Virus record (IMG/VR): IMGVR_UViG_3300000557_000001
Source: a virus
Reading direction: 5' to 3' (one strand)
Length of the DNA: 52,548 nucleotides
The notes beneath the pieces were generated by a model. That model was not told where the DNA came from. It saw only the letters and a program-made list of their open reading frames with translations, and did no database searches. Positions within the stretch are counted from its first letter, which is position 1; every line of letters starts with the position of its first letter. Below, piece after piece: positions 33,319 through 41,897 of the stretch. The translations under genes and the position numbers were made by a program.

Positions 33319-33598
33319 AGTGGTAATAATGGGCTTAAGTGGTAACGCGAGTGGTAATGGAAAAATGCCTTAATGGCGGGCTTTATAGATCACTATTACC
33401 ACTATTACCACTATTACCACCCATTATTGGTTTAAAGCAAAACAAAACTTTATAAAATATTATGATCATAGTTTTGTAAAAAATACACGGTGTATATTGG
33501 CGAAAATAGTGGTAATGTGGTAACGTGGCCGATTTTGCCCGTGGTTAAGGGCTTTTTCCGTTACCACTCGGCCGAAATAACTGGTAACGCATTACCAC
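33319..33598. repeat. Iteron-type origin of replication candidate: at least 11 GTGGTAA(T/C) motifs in both orientations around an AT-rich core
   Basis: AGTGGTAA(T/C) at 33319, 33338, 33350, 33508, 33517; inverted ATTACCAC x3 in tandem 9-nt register at 33395-33420, plus 33560 and 33591; AT-rich 33421-33490. Confidence 0.65.
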
Positions 33599-33693
33599 AA
33601 AAAGCGATTTTCACCCTTGATTTTTGCCACGGTGTAACAATACTGTTAATAGATGGCAGCGCTGGTAGAATGTAATGGGTGGCTTGAAGGGAG

Positions 33694-34005
33694 GTGTTTG
33701 GGCTGGCAGAGTGGAATGAGCCGAACGAAAAAAATATAACCGACAACGTTATGAAACTGCTTAAAAAGCAGCCGGGCGGATTTGCAGTTAAGCTGCACGG
33801 TGGCCGGTATCAAAAATCGGGCCTGCCGGACGTGCTTTTTATACAGGATGGAACGGTTTACTTTTTTGAAGTTAAGCGGCCGGGCAATAAACTGACAAAA
33901 CTTCAAGCCGATACCATGAAAAGACTTTGCAAAGCCGGCGCGTTCTGTTACACTGTTTTCAGCGCAGCGGACGTTAAAGCAGCGCTTAAGGAGGGCGATC
34001 AATAA
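33694..34005 (+). CDS. VRR-NUC domain nuclease
   Basis: GLPDVLFIQDGTVYFFEVKRPGNKLTKLQ (D..ExK core); start uncertain (GTG 33694 abuts the SD). Confidence 0.75.
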   Translation: MFGLAEWNEPNEKNITDNVMKLLKKQPGGFAVKLHGGRYQKSGLPDVLFIQDGTVYFFEVKRPGNKLTKLQADTMKRLCKAGAFCYTVFSAADVKAALKEGDQ

Positions 34006-34175
34006 TGGATCCGTTAACAGAAAAGCAACGAGAAACGCTATACAAGTTGATTGATATTGTTGAAGAAAAGGGCGGCATTGCGCCGCTGGATAAAACGGAA
34101 GTTGACGATTTAAGTGTGGGCGAAGCCGGCAGTTTTATTGCAGAAATACTGCGCGATCTTGGCTGGGAAGAATAG
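34005..34175 (+). CDS. 56-aa hypothetical acidic protein (not in ORF track)
   Basis: ATG overlaps the upstream stop (TAATG); MDPLTEKQRETLYKLIDIVEEKGG... Confidence 0.45.
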   Translation: MDPLTEKQRETLYKLIDIVEEKGGIAPLDKTEVDDLSVGEAGSFIAEILRDLGWEE

Positions 34176-34189
34176 CCGATGGAAGGCAG

Positions 34190-34405
34190 GTGTTGGCCGT
34201 GGGTGATCTGTTTATTTTAATTTATAACCGCGCAAGCGGCGCCTGCAATGTTTACGTGAATGGCATGGAGATCGCTGTTAAGGGCGACCTTAAGGCGTGG
34301 CGCGTTTTGCAGCTTATGCAATTATATGAGCATAACAGCGAAGCGCTGCCGGTGCCGGAAAAACCTTATGAAACACGGGAGGAAAACACTGATGCAAACG
34401 AATGA
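34190..34405 (+). CDS. Hypothetical protein
   Basis: 71 aa, GTG start after GGAAGGCAGG. Confidence 0.45.
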   Translation: MLAVGDLFILIYNRASGACNVYVNGMEIAVKGDLKAWRVLQLMQLYEHNSEALPVPEKPYETREENTDANE

Positions 34406-34997
34406 TATTATTGTTTGCCTTATGGGCAAAAGTGGCAGCGGCAAGACCGCGCTTGCGGACGTTTTGCGCAGGTATCACGGTTTTAACGTTATAAAATCCT
34501 TTACCACGCGCACGCCGCGGCCGGGTGAAAGCGGCGATGAATATTACTTTGTAGATCAGCCGCCGGCGCAGCCGGACGCTGACCCGGAAATAATAACTTA
34601 TGCCGAACATAACGGCGCGCATTACTGGACGGAGCGCAGCCAATATAAAGGCAAGGGCTGCAGCGCGTTTGTGGTTGAACCGATCGGCGCGCAGTTGTTA
34701 AAGCAAGAGGTTAACGACGCGCTGGTTGTTATTATTTATTTAGAGGTTGAAGAAGAAGAACGTTACCGGCGCATGAGGAAGCAGGGCCGGCGCATGGGTG
34801 ATTATAGAATATACGCGGACGGGAAAAAGTTTAATTATTCGCTGCTCCCGTGCGATTATATTATTAACGGCACGTTTCAAGACCCGGACGATCTGGCGTT
34901 TAGCATAGCTTCTGAAATGGAAAATATACAGCAAAACAAGGAAGGGGTGATTAGCAGATGGAAAAAAGCCGTGCAGAGCGTTTGTCGAAAATTTTAA
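34392..34997 (+). CDS. Guanylate kinase-like P-loop nucleotide kinase
   Basis: ATG 34392, 8 nt after GGGAGGA; GKSGSGKT and TTRTPRPGESGDEYYFV (GMP-kinase signature). Confidence 0.75.
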   Translation: MQTNDIIVCLMGKSGSGKTALADVLRRYHGFNVIKSFTTRTPRPGESGDEYYFVDQPPAQPDADPEIITYAEHNGAHYWTERSQYKGKGCSAFVVEPIGAQLLKQEVNDALVVIIYLEVEEEERYRRMRKQGRRMGDYRIYADGKKFNYSLLPCDYIINGTFQDPDDLAFSIASEMENIQQNKEGVISRWKKAVQSVCRKF

Positions 34998-35242
34998 GGC
35001 AGCAGGCCGCGGCCGTTAAATCCCGGAACAAGAACCTTTTAGACCGGCCACGGGAGGAAACGGATCCGGGCCAGTATTTAGTGAAGGCGCAGGTGCAGGC
35101 TTACTGCGACGCGCTGGAACACGCTGCACAGCAGGCGGAGGAAGCTGTTTGGCTTGATCGCATGGAACCGAGTTTGGATCAGCAGCAGCAGGCCGAGCTT
35201 GAGAGGAAAGTGTTTTGGCCGGATTATTTTTATTTTAGTTAA
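34958..35242 (+). CDS. Hypothetical protein
   Basis: 94 aa; overlaps the upstream gene by 40 nt. Confidence 0.5.
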   Translation: MEKSRAERLSKILRQQAAAVKSRNKNLLDRPREETDPGQYLVKAQVQAYCDALEHAAQQAEEAVWLDRMEPSLDQQQQAELERKVFWPDYFYFS

Positions 35243-35255
35243 GGAGGGCTTTTTT

Positions 35256-35363
35256 ATGACAATGACGGCAGCAGTTGTGATGGGTGCTTGTTGTTTTATT
35301 GCTGGGAACGTTGTGGCTTGGTTAATGTTTAGGGAACAATATTTTAAGAAAGGAGGGAAATAA
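35256..35363 (+). CDS. 35-aa single-TM micro-protein candidate
   Basis: ATG 35256 after AAGGAGGG; MTMTAAVVMGACCFIAGNVVAWLMF.. Confidence 0.4.
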   Translation: MTMTAAVVMGACCFIAGNVVAWLMFREQYFKKGGK

Positions 35364-35364
35364 T

Positions 35365-36105
35365 ATGATGGGCTTAATTAGATTGATCTTTTGGATCACG
35401 GTGATCGTGCTGGTTATGGGCTGGGCTGCTAATAACGCGCCGGCAAACAGCGGCGACGGTGAAACTTATATTAGCGAACCGGTTAGCGCTGGGGAAGCTG
35501 TTTACTGCAGCGACGCGCTTGATCTTGGGTGCGAAATATGGTTGGATACGGACGCGGCCAGACATTACACTTTACAAGGCACGCAGCCGCTTTGTTTTAA
35601 CTGTTTTTCGCAGTTGTATCCTTGCGTTGAGTGCGGTGAACGGCGCAACGATCGGGAGCCGGGGCTTACCTGCCCGATCTGCAAGGCAGAAGAACCAGCA
35701 GAACCGGAAGATCCGGAGTGCTGCGAACCGGAAGTAATTACTGAAACCGAAACGGAAGTTGTTACCGTTACTGAAACCGAATACGTGGAAAAAGAAGTGG
35801 AAGTGCCATGTTCGGATCAGGCCGACCGGATCGATGAACTGGAAGATGAATTGGCCGAAAAAGGCGATCTGCTGCAGGAATACCGCGAAGCAGAGCAGTT
35901 TGAAGATCTGGAAGAATACCTTAAAGAAAACGTGCCGGGCTTTATGGAAGAAGAAGAACCGGAGTTTGCTTACAGGCTGCCTTTGTGGCAGGTGTTAACA
36001 ATTTACTTTTTAGGCGTGGCCGTTGTGGCCGCTATTGGCTTTTACCTTTACAGCAGGGCTAAAAGCAAGCCGCGCGGCAAAGACGACGATTATGGCAAGC
36101 TGTAA
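35365..36105 (+). CDS. Bitopic membrane protein: TM helices at both ends, Cys-rich zinc-ribbon region and long acidic coiled coil
   Basis: 246 aa; LIFWITVIVLVMGW; CFNC..CVEC..CPIC; E/T-rich repeats; C-terminal IYFLGVAVVAAIGFYLY. Confidence 0.6.
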   Translation: MMGLIRLIFWITVIVLVMGWAANNAPANSGDGETYISEPVSAGEAVYCSDALDLGCEIWLDTDAARHYTLQGTQPLCFNCFSQLYPCVECGERRNDREPGLTCPICKAEEPAEPEDPECCEPEVITETETEVVTVTETEYVEKEVEVPCSDQADRIDELEDELAEKGDLLQEYREAEQFEDLEEYLKENVPGFMEEEEPEFAYRLPLWQVLTIYFLGVAVVAAIGFYLYSRAKSKPRGKDDDYGKL

Positions 36106-36119
36106 ACTATAATAAGCGG

Positions 36120-36152
36120 CCGGGCAGGTTTGGAGTTTACTCCCCTGCCCGG
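36120..36152 (+). terminator. Imperfect GC hairpin (terminator candidate) overlapping a TGgTATAAT extended -10
   Basis: CCGGGCAGG...CCTGCCCGG with inner GGAG/CTCC; TTTACT - 17 nt - TATAAT (36136-36164). Confidence 0.4.
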
Positions 36153-36193
36153 TTATGGTATAATATGGAAACAAGGAGGGCAGAATAGATATT

Positions 36194-36349
36194 ATGATAA
36201 CAGTTGTTCAGGTGTTTTTTATTATTATAATGGCGATTAGTGCGCTTGGTTTTTTTGGCGAAGAAGAAGCTGCAAAAAAACCTCACTTGTTAGCAGGTGC
36301 GGTTATTGCAGCTTTAATCATTGTTAGTTTGGAGGTGCTTGTTAAATAA
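36194..36349 (+). CDS. 51-aa two-TM micro-protein candidate (not in ORF track)
   Basis: MITVVQVFFIIIMAISALGFFGEEEAAKKPHLLAGAVIAALIIVSLEVLVK; stop overlaps the next ATG (TAATG). Confidence 0.4.
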   Translation: MITVVQVFFIIIMAISALGFFGEEEAAKKPHLLAGAVIAALIIVSLEVLVK

Positions 36350-36561
36350 TGACTAAAAAGCGCAAGCGCACGGGGCCGGAAATAGTGCCGGAAACTTTTG
36401 AACCGGCGCGTGATGGCGAAGAAGTGGAAGAACTGGCGAAGGATCTGCTGGGCAAGGCGATCAAGGGCGAACTGGAAGCAAAGGATCGGGAAGTTTGGCT
36501 GGATAACGGCCATAAAATACTCCATTGGCTACGCGCGCAGTTTGCAGGGCTGGCGGAGTAA
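36349..36561 (+). CDS. Hypothetical protein
   Basis: 70 aa, basic N-terminus, acidic middle. Confidence 0.5.
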   Translation: MTKKRKRTGPEIVPETFEPARDGEEVEELAKDLLGKAIKGELEAKDREVWLDNGHKILHWLRAQFAGLAE

Positions 36562-36592
36562 AAAACAACTATTAAAAGGAGGATTTTGTATT

Positions 36593-37177
36593 ATGGACGC
36601 AAGTTTAAAGTTAAAGGAAGTTTTTAAAAAGGTTTACAAGGACATTGACGGGTTGCAGGACATGATTTTAGCACGGGCCAGTGAAGAAGGCTGGTTGGAT
36701 GAACTGGTTGAATTGCACGATGATCAAGAGGAAGCGGTTACGGACGATTTCGATCTGGGCAGCGTTGCTGGCGTTGCTGGCATGGGCTTGCACGATGCCG
36801 CGAGTGCGCTGGGCGAATTGCGTATGCGCTGCGCAGCAGAAGCCGAAGATGAAGCTGAAGCTATAGAAGAACAGATCCGGGCCGATGGCAGCGAAGCGCT
36901 GGACGCAAAAGTGCGCTGGTTGGTTAACGTTTTAAAGCGCCTGCGCGGCATTGAAGAACTGGACATAGATATATGGGTGCATAATTTATCGAACACTATA
37001 GGCGCAGACACAGCAGCGCTGCAGATTGTTAAAAGCTTACTGGTTAAGCAAGAAGATGACTGCAAGGTGGGCGTTTACGAAGATGATAAGAGCCTTAAGG
37101 TTAATTACAGGCTTGAAAGTGGCGATACTGCAGAAGTTGTGATCATTAAAGGCGAGCGGCCGAACTGGGCAAGGTAA
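36593..37177 (+). CDS. Hypothetical acidic protein
   Basis: 194 aa from ATG 36593 behind AAAGGAGGA (track start 36398 lies inside the previous gene). Confidence 0.6.
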   Translation: MDASLKLKEVFKKVYKDIDGLQDMILARASEEGWLDELVELHDDQEEAVTDDFDLGSVAGVAGMGLHDAASALGELRMRCAAEAEDEAEAIEEQIRADGSEALDAKVRWLVNVLKRLRGIEELDIDIWVHNLSNTIGADTAALQIVKSLLVKQEDDCKVGVYEDDKSLKVNYRLESGDTAEVVIIKGERPNWAR

Positions 37178-37194
37178 AAGGAGGGCGCGCGGTT

Positions 37195-37728
37195 ATGGAC
37201 TTACCGGACAAAACGTATGAAATAATATACGCAGATCCGCCGTGGCAATATAAAGATCGCGCGCTGGCAGGCGAACGCGGCGCCGGGTGCAAGTATAAAA
37301 TTATGGATATTAAGGATATACAGGCGCTTCCGGTGCCGCGGATCGCGGCAGAAAACAGCGTGCTTTTTCTTTGGGCCACGTTTCCGCTTATTGATGAAGC
37401 CTTGACCACGCTGGCAGGCTGGGGCTTTATGTATAAGACCGCGGCGTTTGTTTGGGTTAAGCTTAACAAGCGGCAGCCGACGCCGTTTTGGGGAATGGGC
37501 AACTGGACACGGGCGAACGCAGAGGTTTGCCTGCTGGGCATTAAAGGCAATCCAAAAAGAGTTAATGCCGGTGTGCATCAGGTTATTATGACGCCGCGCG
37601 AAGAACACAGTAAAAAACCGGACGAAGCAAGGCGGCGGATCGTGCAGCTTTTAGGCGATCGGCCGCGGATCGAATTGTTTGCACGGCAAACGGCCGCCGG
37701 CTGGGATAGCTGGGGCGACGAATTATAA
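37195..37728 (+). CDS. MT-A70-family N6-adenine DNA methyltransferase
   Basis: 177 aa; IIYADPPWQY, FLWATFP, EEHSKKP, ELFARQTAAGWDSWGDE. Confidence 0.9.
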   Translation: MDLPDKTYEIIYADPPWQYKDRALAGERGAGCKYKIMDIKDIQALPVPRIAAENSVLFLWATFPLIDEALTTLAGWGFMYKTAAFVWVKLNKRQPTPFWGMGNWTRANAEVCLLGIKGNPKRVNAGVHQVIMTPREEHSKKPDEARRRIVQLLGDRPRIELFARQTAAGWDSWGDEL

Positions 37729-37795
37729 CAATAGCGCTGCAGGGCGATTTTTAGCGTTTATCGCCTTGCAGGGCGATTTTTTGGGAGGTGTTTTT

Positions 37796-38149
37796 ATGGA
37801 AGGCAGGTTAGGGATCAAGATTAGCTCGCAGGAAGAATTATTAAGTTATGCTGCGCTTAACAGGGATCAGATCCGGCAGGTTAGGGCGATCGCGTTGGAA
37901 GAAGGGCTTGAAGAATGGCGGCTGGCGCAGTTAAGCGATAGTGAAGTTATTGGCTGGTTAATGGAACGATACTGGTTTATGGTTGCTTATGACGACCCGG
38001 AAGCGCAGACCATTTACTTAATTGATCCGGGCCATATACTTGAAAATTCACCCACGATCGATAAGGATTACTATGCAAGCGATGATATATGGGAACCGGA
38101 TCAGCGCGCACGGGTTAGAGTGGCAGGTGATCAGTTTGACCGGAAATAA
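37796..38149 (+). CDS. Hypothetical protein
   Basis: 117 aa from ATG 37796 behind GGGAGGTG; preceded by direct repeat TGCAGGGCGATTTTT x2. Confidence 0.55.
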   Translation: MEGRLGIKISSQEELLSYAALNRDQIRQVRAIALEEGLEEWRLAQLSDSEVIGWLMERYWFMVAYDDPEAQTIYLIDPGHILENSPTIDKDYYASDDIWEPDQRARVRVAGDQFDRK

Positions 38150-38660
38150 ATACTGCAAGCAGTGCGATCAATGGCTGCCGGCCAATACGGATTATTTCTA
38201 CCGGAACCGAAAAATGGAGGATAACCTTTATTATATCTGCAAAAAATGCTTGTCAGCACAGCAAAAATCGCGCCGGGGCAGCAGCGATCGGCGCTTTGGT
38301 ATAAAGATAACAGAAGAAGATCGGGCCCGGCGGATCTGGTTGGTTGAACACGGTTACAACGATCAGCAAGCGGCCGAACAGGTGGGGATAACGTGGCACG
38401 CTTTCGCTAATTGGCGTCGAAAAAACGGTTACTTAAGGCCGGGTCGCAAAAAGCGCAAAGTTGAACATAATACGCCGAAGGAGCTTGAACTTACCACGAC
38501 GCAAAAGGTGATCGCGGTTGCTTTTTTAAAGGATCTTGACTGGTTAAAGAAAAAAGCTGCAGCGGCCGGCGCACAGATCAGCGAAGATCAGATCCGGGCT
38601 ATTATTGACGCATGGCGCGAAGGCCGGGGCGCGCAGCTTGATAAAATACTTGTTCAATAG
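38073..38660 (+). CDS. Zinc-ribbon plus HTH DNA-binding protein
   Basis: CKQC...CKKC, then HTH-like GYNDQQAAEQVGITWHAFANWRRKNG; start uncertain (ATG 38073 overlaps the upstream gene by 77 nt). Confidence 0.5.
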   Translation: MQAMIYGNRISAHGLEWQVISLTGNKYCKQCDQWLPANTDYFYRNRKMEDNLYYICKKCLSAQQKSRRGSSDRRFGIKITEEDRARRIWLVEHGYNDQQAAEQVGITWHAFANWRRKNGYLRPGRKKRKVEHNTPKELELTTTQKVIAVAFLKDLDWLKKKAAAAGAQISEDQIRAIIDAWREGRGAQLDKILVQ

Positions 38661-38662
38661 GC

Positions 38663-38691
38663 TTGACATTGGGTGGCAGGGGTGGTAAAAT
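38663..38691 (+). promoter_or_regulatory. Sigma70-type promoter
   Basis: TTGACA - 17 nt - TAAAAT. Confidence 0.6.
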
Positions 38692-38713
38692 TGGATCAAG
38701 GTGGTTAAAAACA

Positions 38714-38842
38714 ATGTTATCCCTTGCAACTGCAATGTCTATACACTACCCTTCTCCTTTTACGGCAGCAGCAGCGCGTTTCACCCCTTGCGCGCTGCTG
38801 GTTTTTTTTGTCCTTAAAACAATTATTAACGGAGGTGGATAA
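38714..38842 (+). CDS. 42-codon leader ORF candidate reading through the terminator hairpin
   Basis: ATG 38714 after AAGGTGG; MLSLATAMSIHYPSPFTAAAARFTPCALLVFFVLKTIINGGG; stops 2 nt before TTG 38845. Confidence 0.25.
   Translation: MLSLATAMSIHYPSPFTAAAARFTPCALLVFFVLKTIINGGG
38769..38809 (+). terminator. Rho-independent terminator / attenuator upstream of the modification-enzyme fusion gene
   Basis: 10-bp stem CAGCAGCGCG/CGCGCTGCTG, 12-nt loop, then G + T8. Confidence 0.85.
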
Positions 38843-38844
38843 AA

Positions 38845-41289
38845 TTGGAATTAAAACGGATGAAGCTTGAAGAAATAACGCCTGCGGAGTATAATCCGCG
38901 CGTGGATTTGCAGCCGGGCGACCCTGAATATGAACGGCTGCGCAAAAGTTTGCAGGAGTTTGGGCTGGTTGATCCGCTGGTATTTAACAAGCGCACGGGG
39001 CGCCTTGTAGGCGGACATCAGCGCGTTAAGGTGCTGCAGGATCTTGGTTACACAGAAGCGGACGTCAGTTTGGTTGACCTGCCGGCGGAAAAGGAGCAGG
39101 CCTTGAACCTTGCGCTTAACAAGATCGAAGGGCGCTGGGATGAAGATGCGCTGCGCGATGTTTTGGATAATATTAATAAGTGGATCGATGAAGAAATGCC
39201 GGACTTTGATATTGAAGCAACTGGTTTTTCGGAGCAGGAAATAGACGATCTTATAGGCGATACGGAAGGGCTTATGGACGGCGCTGATTACATGGACGGC
39301 GACGGGCAAAGTTTGGCAGAGCGCTTTGTCGTGCCGCCATTTACGGTATTAGACGCGCGGCAGGGTTACTGGCGGCAGCGAAAAGAGGAATGGTATGCAA
39401 AGGGCATTATAACGGAGGCCGGCAGGGAGGATCTTGACGATACCACGGCTTCCGGTTGGGTGAGCCGCGGCAGGGATCAGGGCGGCAGCGCGTTTGATCC
39501 GGTGCTGGCAGAAATAGCGTTTAAATGGTTCTGCCCGGAAGGCGGCGCAGTGCTTGATCCGTTTGCCGGCGAAAGCACGAAGGGCATCGTGGCCGGGCTG
39601 CTGGGCTTTAGTTATACAGGCGTTGAAGTTAGGAAGGATCAGGTGGACGCCAATTACAGGCAGCTTGAAGCAATGCCGGAAAAACCGGGCGGCGAAGTGC
39701 GTTGGATCACTGGCGACGCTGCAAAGCTGGAAAGCGTTTTGCCGCAAGGGCAGGAGTATGATTTTATTTTTACCAGTCCGCCTTATTATGACTTGGAGGT
39801 TTACAGCAGTGAAGAAGCCGACGGCAGCACGTTTGGCAGTTATGCTGAATTTATGGCGTGGTATGAGCATATCTTTAAGCAGGCCGTTGCGCAGTTAAAG
39901 GAAAACGCCTTTGTTGTGGTAAAAGTGGGCGAAATACGCGATAAAAAGACCGGCGCTTACCGGAACTTCGTGGGTGATAACATAAGCTGCTTTAAAGGGC
40001 TGGGCTTGCATTACTACAACGAAGCGATCTTGGTTACTCCGGTCGGCAGCTTACCGCTGCGCGCCGGGCGGCAGTTTGAAGCAAGCCGCAAGCTGGGCAA
40101 GGCGCATCAGAATATCCTTGTATTTTACAAGGGCGACCTTAATAAAATTAAGGATCTGCAGTTTGTGGAAGTTGAACTGGACGAAGATGGCAGCGTTACG
40201 CTGGAAAGCGAAGCGGAAACTGCTGCAGGCGATGGCGCGCAGGTGCAGGCTGCAGACGGCGGCGGCGGCAACGTAAAGATGAAGCTGGGCAAAGTGGCCG
40301 ACAATGCGCTGCCGCGCGAAGCTATGGAGTTATATAACGCAACGGGATCGGTGCCTTTTGCAAAAAAGTTTAACGCCTGCCCGGAACTGGGCGAATATTT
40401 AAAGCTGGTTTACGGTGCAGGCGATCAAGAGCTTACACTGCAAGAAGTTGATTGCCCGAAGCCGATACCGTTACAGGATAACGGAACCTGCTGGGTGAGT
40501 TTTACCGGTGGGAAGGACAGCGTGGCTGCAGCGATCAGGGCGCAGGAGCGCGGTTACAAGGTGATCCCTTATTACTTGCAGGGCATTAACCGGGGCGTCG
40601 CCGATGAACTGCACTATGCGCAGAAGATCTGCGACCGCATGGGTTGGCCGCTGGTTGTAGATAAGATCAGTATTAGCGGCAAAAAAAGCGGCGTTGTAGA
40701 AATGCCGACCAAAAATCAAGTCATTGTTTTGTGTATGCTGGGGCGCATGGCAGAACAGGGCGGCGCAGCTTGGACGGCCGGTTATCACGAAGATACGGCG
40801 CAGGCGGAACGCGGCTGGGGCTTTGACTTTAGCGACGGCGACAAAGCGGTTGCGCTGTTTAACGCTTACCTTGAAAAGCGCGTGCCGGGTGTTAAGTTCT
40901 TAATGCTGCTGCAAGATACGCTTGAATGCTGGGCTTTGTGCGCGGACTATGGACTAATCAACTATATTAAAGGCTGCGCTTGTCAGCCACGGTTTAAGGA
41001 AATGCGCCGGAAGAAGAATGTTGAAAAGTTCGGCGCTGCTAATATACTGCACGGCCGCTGCGGAAGCTGTATAAAGTGCGCGTGGGAACAGGTTGCACTT
41101 CAACGGCTGGGCATAGTGCCGGAAAGCCGCGCGGTTAGACAGCACGGCTTGAAGTTCTTGGAGCAGTTTAAAAGTGTTTGGAATACCGGCGGCCGGGATA
41201 TGGAAAATTATTTAGTGCCGCAAAGCAGGGCCGAACAGGAAAAACAGGCAAGGCGTGGCCGGTGGCCGAAGCAGCCGATGCCTGATTAA
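38845..41289 (+). CDS. Triple fusion: ParB-like N-terminal domain, SPPY-type DNA methyltransferase, PP-loop ATP pyrophosphatase (PAPS-reductase/QueC-like)
   Basis: 814 aa, TTG 6 nt after GGAGGTGG; EYNPR..GGHQR; DPFAGESTKG and FTSPPYYD; SFTGGKDS; C-terminal CGSCIKC. Confidence 0.85.
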   Translation: MELKRMKLEEITPAEYNPRVDLQPGDPEYERLRKSLQEFGLVDPLVFNKRTGRLVGGHQRVKVLQDLGYTEADVSLVDLPAEKEQALNLALNKIEGRWDEDALRDVLDNINKWIDEEMPDFDIEATGFSEQEIDDLIGDTEGLMDGADYMDGDGQSLAERFVVPPFTVLDARQGYWRQRKEEWYAKGIITEAGREDLDDTTASGWVSRGRDQGGSAFDPVLAEIAFKWFCPEGGAVLDPFAGESTKGIVAGLLGFSYTGVEVRKDQVDANYRQLEAMPEKPGGEVRWITGDAAKLESVLPQGQEYDFIFTSPPYYDLEVYSSEEADGSTFGSYAEFMAWYEHIFKQAVAQLKENAFVVVKVGEIRDKKTGAYRNFVGDNISCFKGLGLHYYNEAILVTPVGSLPLRAGRQFEASRKLGKAHQNILVFYKGDLNKIKDLQFVEVELDEDGSVTLESEAETAAGDGAQVQAADGGGGNVKMKLGKVADNALPREAMELYNATGSVPFAKKFNACPELGEYLKLVYGAGDQELTLQEVDCPKPIPLQDNGTCWVSFTGGKDSVAAAIRAQERGYKVIPYYLQGINRGVADELHYAQKICDRMGWPLVVDKISISGKKSGVVEMPTKNQVIVLCMLGRMAEQGGAAWTAGYHEDTAQAERGWGFDFSDGDKAVALFNAYLEKRVPGVKFLMLLQDTLECWALCADYGLINYIKGCACQPRFKEMRRKKNVEKFGAANILHGRCGSCIKCAWEQVALQRLGIVPESRAVRQHGLKFLEQFKSVWNTGGRDMENYLVPQSRAEQEKQARRGRWPKQPMPD

Positions 41290-41309
41290 TTAAAAAGGTG
41301 GGTGCTTTT

Positions 41310-41897
41310 ATGGCGTTGATCGATTTAAGGTTAGGCGATCGCAAGTGGATCCGGGCTAAAGAGATCGCGCGGTGGATGGAAGAAGCCGGTTACGATCAGG
41401 CGATCTGCTTTAGTTGTGGCAATGCAAGCAAAGAGTTAAAAAATGCCGGCATTAAGACCCTTGAGATTGCGCCGGGGCGCGACCTGCAGGCGCAGCGGTG
41501 GTTCAAGCAAAGCGAGATCCGCCGCTTTTGGCCGCACTGCTTTGACGCGACCAGTGGGAACCTGCCGGCGGAGCTTATGGAACGGATCGGCTGGCGGCTG
41601 GCAACGCTGGCAAAGTTTGAACTTAAGGAACGTGGCTTTATTGACCGGGATCGCGATGTTTTGATCCGGGAGGATACTTACCGGATCACTTGCGGCAGCG
41701 GCGAAACACTGGTTGCGCTGGCAATGGCAAAGCCGGGCTTTAAGTTTGAAGCGGTTTACGACAATGAGAACCCGGCGACGCGGTTTGAAAAAGAAGCGCC
41801 GTTGACGCCGCTGGTTTTTAACATAGCGGAGCGCGTTTGGCTGGGTGATAAACTTTTAAAGGCTTGCGACGCTTCCTTTTACTGGGTGGAAGGTTAA
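41310..41897 (+). CDS. Hypothetical protein with Rossmann-like glycine loops
   Basis: 195 aa from ATG 41310 after AAAGGTGGG; ICFSCGNAS and ITCGSGETLVAL; family not recognised. Confidence 0.6.
   Translation: MALIDLRLGDRKWIRAKEIARWMEEAGYDQAICFSCGNASKELKNAGIKTLEIAPGRDLQAQRWFKQSEIRRFWPHCFDATSGNLPAELMERIGWRLATLAKFELKERGFIDRDRDVLIREDTYRITCGSGETLVALAMAKPGFKFEAVYDNENPATRFEKEAPLTPLVFNIAERVWLGDKLLKACDASFYWVEG

Noticed and set aside
33391-33420. Tandem 9-nt repeats (CACTATTAC x3) and scattered GTGGTAA motifs considered as a possible CRISPR array
   Set aside because: The units are far too short, there are no spacers and no cas genes. The arrangement (direct plus inverted copies around an AT-rich core next to the primase gene) fits replication iterons.
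33490-33675. 61-aa + strand ORF inside the origin region
   Set aside because: It is composed largely of iteron sequence, has no SD and shows atypical composition. It is most likely non-coding.
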